Shown here piece after piece: positions 57,301 to 64,000 of a DNA stretch of 64,000 nucleotides. The notes under the pieces were generated by a model. That model saw only the letters and a list, made by a program, of their open reading frames with translations. It made no database searches and was not told the origin of the DNA. Every line of letters begins with the position of its first letter. Position 1 is the stretch's first letter. The position numbers and the translations under genes are program-made. The stretch covers positions 18,414,001 through 18,478,000 of the forward strand of contig OZ024750.1 in NCBI GenBank assembly GCA_964016885.1, read 5' to 3'. Source of the DNA: Eledone cirrhosa (lineage: Eukaryota).

Positions 57301-60099
57301 AAAACAATTCTTATATATATAGTCCAGGAAGAGAGAATCTAATTCTCTACCCACACAAACTCATTTTTCTCGCTATTTAACGTTGTAGTGTGCACTATGT
57401 TTTCATTTGGGTTGGTATCTTAAGGATATTAGCTTAAATAAAACATCAAGTGAGTGAGAAAACGATCGAAGATCTTAGGTCCTATCCAATGACTTTGTCT
57501 CAATATTATATATATATATATAATATACATATATATATGTAAATAAACAAACTACTTTAGAAGCTTTGTGTGAGTTACAATTTTTTTAAAATTAAGATAA
57601 CTTAGAGTACAGTTAATAGCTACATTGTAAGTTTGTTTTTTTTTACTATAAAAATAGTCTAAGACACTGGAGACAGAAAAAAGTGGACAGCACCATATAC
57701 AGGACTTGAACTCACACCTTGCAAATACTGTGTTGATATATGCTACTGTTACACCAAAGTGATAATTGATCACTCCTTTCCATTTTTAAAGCTTTATCAA
57801 TCAACCAGAAATATAACCCTTTAGCATTTAAACCGGCCATATCTGGTCAGGTGACCATGTCTTGCTCATATAGAACTGATTTTGGCTTGATTTCTACAGC
57901 TGGATGCCCTTCCTAGCGCCAACCTCATTTACATGAGCCAAATATCTCTCACCACTAAGTCATGCACTTTCATAGTATTTTATTTTGTTTATTTTCCAGA
58001 AAACGCTACGTTTACGTAGTTCATTGTCCAAAAGGTCCAGGCATTGATTCCCCATTTGTAGTTGATCCGACCAAAATGTATTTTCGGAGAGAAGGTTTTG
58101 GTGGCCACTACATTTGTGGAATGTCACCCACAGAAGTAAGTTCATTTGTAACCTAGGTGTTAGAATATTCTATATATATCTATGTATGAGTGTGTGTATG
58201 TATGTATGTTTGTAGGTATGCATGTATATATGAATGTATATCAGCATGCATATATATAAAGAGTGAAACTATAAGACTTTTTGTACCTCTGTTTGTTGTT
58301 TCCTTGAACTATATATATATATTACTTGCCTTTGGAAAGTTATGCCTAAACAAATGAAATTGAAGCTATGTTCTGAAATAATGTGATCTACAAGAGGAAA
58401 GAGAAAAAAAATCTTTTCCTCTGTATTCTCAATGTCTGTTCTCCTTGCTAGCAAGGGTTGGATGGGCTATCACAGACAAAGTTAGTTCTTAATCGGTGCT
58501 ACTGACCTCACAGTTGAGTCAGGGAGCTACATCTTGCTTATATACGTCCTTGCACTCCACAGAGTGCACCAGGTGCATTTTATCATGGCATCATCTCTAG
58601 AGAAGGTGTCATGTCTTTGACACAACTGAAAATTTCTCTTTAGACATTGTTTATCAAGTTTTCTATGTCTGGGGGCCTCTTCCTATCACCAAAATATTTT
58701 ACAGAGTGTATTGGGCATGTTTTATTGCAACACCAATGCTAGATTTGTACTTTTGACATAACTAAATAGTCCTCTCAATCTTTTATTTGGTGTGTTTTCT
58801 AATGCTGGATGCCCTTCCCATCACCAACTACTTTACAGAGTGCTGGGTGCCTTTTATCATGTTGCAATCGCTGGAGAGGTTGTCATGTCTTTGATACAAC
58901 TTAAGAGACCTCTCAGTCCTGTATTGTATATTTAATAACATTGTTTTATGCCTTGTTTTCCAGAAAGAAGAGCCGTCAACTGACAATCTTGATGTCGATT
59001 ATCGATATTTTGATGAAATTGTTTGGCCACTTTTGTCAAAACGAGTGTCAAAATTTGAGTCCCTGAAGGTATGTCCGTATAATCATCATTTTACATCTAT
59101 TTTTCCATGTTGGCATAAATTGGACTTGTCATACTACTCAGTGACTAGATATGGTTGGAATAATGTCTTGCTTAAACATTCCATTTTGGGGCATGATTTT
59201 TATGCCAACCACCTTACTGATTGACTGGGTACATTTTATCATAGCACCAGCACTACCATTTTACAGAATGTATTGGGTGCATTTTATTATGCCACCAACA
59301 CTACCACTTTACAGAGTATACTAGGTACATTTTATCATGGCAACAGAACTGCCACTATATTGAGTTTACTGGCTACATTTTAATGTGGCACTGACTCTGC
59401 CACTTCGCAGTTGTACTGGGTGCATTTTGTGGCAATGGCACTACCACTTTACAGTATCATCACCGTTTAACATCTATTTTCCATGCTTGCATGGGTGAGA
59501 TGGCTGTCACATGCTGAGGCCTGACTGGTCAGGTAACTAGGCTCTGCTTGTATGCTTTGTTTTAGATTGGTTTCTATAGCTGGATGCCCTCCTTAATGCC
59601 TCATTTTTTTCAGCTTAGTGGACTGGAGCTACGTGAATTGAAACGTCTTGCTCAAGAAAACAATGCTGCCCAAACTGGGAATTGAACCCACACCACAACT
59701 TTAAGGTAGTGAGTCCAACATACTAGTCACTGTTTAAATATATATATTTATTTATTTTCTATTTTGTTTGAGGTGAAGATTGCTTGGGCTGGCTTCTATG
59801 ACTATAATTATGCTGATCAAAATTTATTTTCTATTTTATTTCAGGTGAAGAGTGCTTGGGCTGGCTTCTATGACTATAATTATGCTGATCAAAATTTGAT
59901 TATTGGAAATCACCCTTATCATAAGAACATGTTCTTTGCCAATGGTCTCAGTGGACATGGAATACAGCATGCCCCAGCCATTGGCCGGGCTATCATGGAA
60001 TGTATTATTGATGGAAATTTTGAAACTATAGATTTATCCAGGTTTAGATTTGAGCGACTGTTGGATGATGAACTGATATTTGAACAGGGGATCGTTTAA
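50827..60099 (+). CDS. FOXRED1: FAD-dependent oxidoreductase domain-containing protein 1 (mitochondrial complex I assembly factor), 9 exons, 476 aa
   Basis: join(50827-51117,52682-52811,54378-54477,54821-54915,55564-55739,56573-56715,58000-58135,58964-59068,59845-60099) = 1431 nt in phase. Arg-rich presequence, IIIGGGLIG Rossmann motif, [51 protein letters not shown] and GLSGHGIQ. Confidence 0.95.
52326..52360 (+). ncRNA. Minimal hammerhead-ribozyme-like motif (Penelope-type), stem I apparently broken
   Basis: CUGAGGA, stem II GAUCU-aaca-AGAUC, GAAA, palindromic stem III CAUGCAUG, UU triplet end. Confidence 0.45.
52682..52811 (+). CDS. FOXRED1: FOXRED1 exon 2
   Basis: [43 protein letters not shown]. 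Confidence 0.95.
53312..53955 (+). mobile_element. CR1-clade LINE 3' end with a tandemly doubled 3' UTR
   Basis: [26 protein letters not shown]...NTRGH.YK...[17 protein letters not shown] (CR1 C-terminus), stop at 53664. Two diverged ~130-bp tails at 53700-53830 and 53831-53955. Confidence 0.88.
54150..54345 (+). mobile_element. Old RTE-X-like LINE C-terminal fragment
   Basis: [19 protein letters not shown]...[24 protein letters not shown]. Confidence 0.5.
54378..54477 (+). CDS. FOXRED1: FOXRED1 exon 3
   Basis: [32 protein letters not shown]. Confidence 0.95.
54821..54915 (+). CDS. FOXRED1: FOXRED1 exon 4
   Basis: [31 protein letters not shown]. Confidence 0.95.
55564..55739 (+). CDS. FOXRED1: FOXRED1 exon 5
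   Basis: [35 protein letters not shown]...KLDCVQ. Confidence 0.93.
56145..56520. repeat. (GGT/GTT/GTA)n low-complexity tract
   Basis: Trinucleotide mosaic producing spurious Val/Gly- and Pro/Thr-rich ORFs. Confidence 0.9.
56573..56715 (+). CDS. FOXRED1: FOXRED1 exon 6
   Basis: [47 protein letters not shown]. Confidence 0.95.
58000..58135 (+). CDS. FOXRED1: FOXRED1 exon 7
   Basis: [45 protein letters not shown]. Confidence 0.95.
58964..59068 (+). CDS. FOXRED1: FOXRED1 exon 8
   Basis: [35 protein letters not shown]. Confidence 0.95.
59751..59894 (+). repeat. 72-bp tandem duplication of the FOXRED1 last acceptor and exon start
   Basis: 59751-59822 versus 59823-59894, about 3 substitutions. 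Confidence 0.95.
59845..60099 (+). CDS. FOXRED1: FOXRED1 exon 9 (last); alternative start at 59773 possible
   Basis: [49 protein letters not shown]...FEQGIV*. Confidence 0.92.
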   Translation: MKSAWAGFYDYNYADQNLIIGNHPYHKNMFFANGLSGHGIQHAPAIGRAIMECIIDGNFETIDLSRFRFERLLDDELIFEQGIV

Positions 60100-60450
60100 C
60101 ACAGAAAAGTTAATGTGGGATTTTTTAACAAACATAACTGTTATACATTTAAACAGGGCATCATTTAACACAGAAAAGATAACATGGGATTTTTAACAAA
60201 CATATCTGTTACACATTTAAACAGGGGATTTTTTAACTCAGAACAGTTAACAGCCACGTATTTAAACAATGAATTAACACATCTTATCAGGGGATTAATA
60301 GACAACACATTACAGTCAACATTTATAGATCTAAATAGAGGATTGTTTAATAAAGCTGTCAACATTTACACATGCAACTGGCTGATTGTATATCACACAA
60401 CATTTACACATTTAATGGGGGTGGGGTGTTTAACACAGAAGTTAAACATT
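60079..60450 (+). repeat. Degenerate ~68-bp tandem repeat forming most of the FOXRED1 3' UTR
   Basis: Units start TTT(G/A)AACAGGG..TC.TTTAACACAGAAAAG at ~60079, 60148 and 60216, with weaker copies to ~60450. AATAAA follows at 60484-60489. Confidence 0.75.
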
Positions 60451-60554
60451 GAAAGAAAGGGAGGGATAAACAGCTGATTAAAAAATAAAATAAAATTCTT
60501 ATTTAAAATAAATTTTAGTTGTTTGTGAATTGATTTTTTAAACATGTTTAGTCA

Positions 60555-60735
60555 GGGAGGGAAGGGCAATGCCCATGACCTTTGACAATATTGGGAGGAG
60601 AGAGGATAGGCAGTGTCCATAACCTTTGACAATATTGGGAGGGGAGAAGGATACGCAATGCCCTCGACCTTTGACAATATAGAGAGGGGAGAGGAAAGGG
60701 CAGTGTCCACCACCTTATTCAGAGCCTTTGACACT
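60555..60735. repeat. ~44-bp minisatellite between the FOXRED1 and NOL12 3' ends
   Basis: ACCTTTGACAATATTGGGAGG.GAG.GGA..GGCA.TG.CC, about 4 units. Confidence 0.8.
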
Positions 60736-61202
60736 GGTGGTAGGAAGTTATCCTAAAACAGAAGACCTGTGCAGTGAATTGTATTCTTGAGCAAGACACT
60801 TTACTTCACATTGCTTTTCATGAGAGGACGGGAGACCCTATTATTAAAACACTGAAAAAAAAGGAGGCTAGCTGAATCTGCATAGGTATAAGCTCTAACA
60901 ACATGCATGATAGGACTGGGACCCTCTTATTAAATCAACCAAGAAAGCTATGATTAAAATATCTGAGAAACCTATGAGATACAACCATGTAGGTGGCCAT
61001 CTAGCCCTACATAGATATGAGTGATAAATTTTATTTTTTCTCTAGCAATTTGCTGTTTATTTGAAATTTTGAGAATATTTTGATGCCCCTGTTTGGTTTA
61101 GGTGTCCGATCTTTCTGGGGTCCAGAAAATAAAGTACCAATCCAGGGCTGATCAAACTTCAATAACAACAACTATTATAATAAGATGAAAAAAAAACAGT
61201 CT

Positions 61203-61326
61203 TTATTTCTTTTTTTTCCGAAACATTTTATCTTTTCTAGATTTAGGGTCTGAATCTCCACGGGGTACATGTTTTTTCTTCTGTTTAGCCTTCAGTCTTT
61301 GCTGTAAATCATTTGCCTTTTTAATC
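61203..61326 (-). CDS. NOL12: NOL12 last exon
   Basis: IKKANDLQQRLKAKQKKKHVPRGDSDPKSRKDKMFRKKKK*. Confidence 0.8.
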
Positions 61327-63842
61327 CTGGAATATAAACAAGGAGAATCAATAATACATAAGATATGTAATGATACTGGTTTAATCTATGTAATTACCAT
61401 ATATACACTGAACAGTCAGTGGTTTCCTTTTGTTCATTGAATAGGAGTTAATGAATAGACAACCAACAAACAACAAGCATTTAAAGACCATTTTCACTGA
61501 GAAAGTAGGGGTTAGCCTCATTACAGATTTCATATTGATCATGAGGTCTTTTTGAGAGAAATATTTTTCAGCTGGATGCCCTTCGAGGGAAGTATGGTAA
61601 ATGTGAGCTAAGAGCCTCATGGGGAAATGTGAGAATGATGTTTCATGGTAGATAGTGATGGTGTTAATTACGGACTTGATATCAACAGAGAAGTGTGATG
61701 GTAACTAAATGGTAAATATCAACTAGTGTTATGGAGGAGAAAAGGATGGTTAGGGTAGAGGGTGACAATGTTGAATATGGATGATGGTGAGTGAGGGGAT
61801 GTATGTATACACACATACATACATATATATATATATATAAAATCTGTGGTGCTGAGACCATGGACATCACAAATCAAGGGAGAAGAACTCTATGCATGGG
61901 AAGAAGGTATAGAGGAAGTTAAAACCCCAACTGCAATGCCTAGCAGTTTTGGCTTTCATTCGGCTTTTCAAGGATGTACTTGAAAAAGCTTGCCGAATAC
62001 TAGCCAAAACTGCTAGGCATCGCGGTTAAGCTTTTAGCTTCCCCCCTCTCCCTAAATATATACTAACCTATTGCGAAGTTTTTCTTCAGATATTTTCTTA
62101 TTTTTCACATCAGTGCTCTCATCTATAGAATCATTTGGTTTTTCTATTGGTTCTTTTTCTTCTCGAGCAGTCTGCAAAAATTGAATGGCAAAACAAAATA
62201 TCATCAAACATGTATGATGTCCTATACCTTTACTTATGGTGATGAATCTTGGGTAGCAGCCAAAAGAATACGATCACGAATACAAGCAGCCAAAGTAAAG
62301 TTTTGTTAAAGGGTCTTTGGAACAATATTATTCAATAGAGTGCATAGTTCAGAGACTAGTGAGTTGTTCAACATAAAACCACTATATCCCTGAATCTAGA
62401 GAAAAAAATCTAGGAAAAAATCGTTTGACTGACCTTGTTAATTCCCAATGTTAGTCCATCTTTACCAGAAAGATCAACCTCAGAAATATCTGTCACTGTT
62501 ACAGTGTGGCTGTCCATGTCATAGACTTTTGGATCAAGAAGGTGTTTGATTTCTTCAGGAATTACAGAATCTCGTACGATTGTCTTAAATAATTCTCGTT
62601 TCTGAAAGAAAACAAAATATAAATATTTCAAGTTTAGACACAAAACCAGCAATTTATGGGGAGGAGAAAGTCAATTGTATCGATCTCAGTAATTGACTGG
62701 TATTTTATTTTATTGATCTTGGAAAGATGAAAGGCAAAGTTGACCAAGGTTGGGTTTGAACTCAGATTGTAAAGGGTCATAACTAGAAACCCAGAAGCAC
62801 TTGATCCAAAACTCTATTGATACTCCAAGAATTTTTTATCATAAGCATTGACAAACCTCCATTGATTTTGACAACAAGCATTCCAATGAAACAGCCTGCT
62901 CATGAACAGACATGTGTACTCTAAATTCTCAAGGAAATTCAGCATGACACAATGGTGATGATGATGATGATACTTGTATGGGCTGGACAGGTTATTACAG
63001 ACCAAGTCAGTACTGTTCATTTTGCTCAATACATTCTGTTTTGCCATATATATATAGATGTGAAAAAGTTAATGTATGATGATGTTAATCTCCCCTCACA
63101 CCCTCATGTCAGTATAGAAGAAAGATGTGCTCCCTACTTAGCCATCCACATCCCCAATCCTTGTCCAACACATGGCAGCATGGAAAGTCAGACACATGCA
63201 TGTGTGGAAGATAGACGTTAAACGATGATGATGATAATATACCATCATACACAACTCACTCTCAAGGCCACTTCCACCACAATGGTATAAGCCCCCTTCA
63301 TCCTATCAATAGTACTGGTGCCACAATAAAAATGTACCCATCCAGGTCTGTAAAGTGGTAATGCTGTTGTCGCGATACAAAGCACCTAGTTCGTACTGTA
63401 AGGTGGTCATGCAGCCGCCATGAAAAGAAAAGAAAACAACCAGTCCATCTTGTAAGGTAGCAGTGCATGACAAAAATGATCCAGTCTACCTTGTAAGGTG
63501 GTAGTGTTGGTGTTGTGATATAATGTTCCCAGTACACACTGTAATGAGGTTGATGTTAGAAAGGATATCCAGCTGTAGAAACCAAGCCCAAAATGGAGCG
63601 AATGAGAGTATGTAGTTACCTTACCAGTCAGGTCTCAGTATGTGACAATCCATTCAAAGCAATGAAAACAGACATGTGATGACAATGATAATATATATAT
63701 ACATAAAACAGTGATGATTATATATATGAAACTTACTTCTTTCCTTATTTCCCTCCTTTCTCTTTTCAGTTTTTCTTCTAGCATCTTCTTAGCTTTGTGT
63801 TGTCGTTCCTTCTTGCGTTTTCTGAAACCTGTCAGAAAATTC
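61203..63842 (-). CDS. NOL12: Nucleolar protein 12 (Rrp17/Nop25 family), 3' part; first exon(s) lie beyond the window
   Basis: complement(join(61203-61326,62068-62171,62434-62601,63737-63842)) in phase. Family signature FLTGFRKRKKER, YDMDSHTVTVT and Lys/Arg-rich C-terminus. AATAAA at 61030-61035 (minus). Confidence 0.88.
62068..62171 (-). CDS. NOL12: NOL12 penultimate exon
   Basis: TAREEKEPIEKPNDSIDESTDVKNKKISEEKLRN, tttgcag/gttagt. Confidence 0.78.
62210..62400 (+). mobile_element. Old RTE (Rex3/Expander-like) fragment
   Basis: TYGDESWVAAKRIRSRIQAAKVKFC*RVFGTILFNRVHSSE..ELFNIKPL. Confidence 0.6.
62434..62601 (-). CDS. NOL12: NOL12 internal exon
   Basis: KRELFKTIVRDSVIPEEIKHLLDPKVYDMDSHTVTVTDISEVDLSGKDGLTLGINK. 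Confidence 0.88.
63737..63842 (-). CDS. NOL12: NOL12 internal exon (family signature)
   Basis: NFLTGFRKRKKERQHKAKKMLEEKLKRERREIRKE. Confidence 0.9.
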
Positions 63843-64000
63843 CTGGAGAAGAATTTATAAAGATAAAAAAAAAACCCGTAGAAATATGATACATTAATGA
63901 GATAAAAGAGGCTTCTTTGTTCCATGTTGTTTTGTGTTAGAGGGGACAAGACAACCTCTTCTAGTGTTGGTGCTACAATAAAATTCACTCAATACACTCT

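Overview
AT-rich, intron- and repeat-dense animal genomic DNA. The SINE/RTE/MITE repertoire suggests an octopod cephalopod (inference). Four spliced housekeeping genes were reconstructed by hand with consistent GT-AG junctions and exon phases: PSMC3/Rpt5 (minus strand, 13 coding exons, 427 aa, 13051-32267), AAMP/Sqt1-like WD40 protein (minus, 11 exons, 403 aa, 36224-49932), FOXRED1 (plus, 9 exons, 476 aa, 50827-60099) and the 3' part of NOL12/Rrp17 (minus, 4 exons, continuing off the right edge). No gene is supportable in the first ~12.9 kb. Introns and spacers carry tRNA-derived SINEs, a young 5'-truncated RTE LINE, fragments of CR1, R4/Dong and RTE-X-like LINEs, piggyBac-type (TTAA), hAT (8-bp TSD), mariner and Helitron non-autonomous elements, and several minisatellites. 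I found no convincing new multi-gene system. The most unusual signals are: (i) four tandem duplications anchored on exon or CDS boundaries, including an in-frame 72-nt copy of the last FOXRED1 acceptor that is itself bounded by GT...AG; (ii) a PHD-type C4HC3 finger inserted inside the RTE reverse transcriptase; (iii) a near-complete minimal hammerhead ribozyme core in FOXRED1 intron 1; (iv) many fold-back hairpins; and (v) a SINE>MITE>LINE nested insertion. All calls come from reading the sequence and none was checked against databases.
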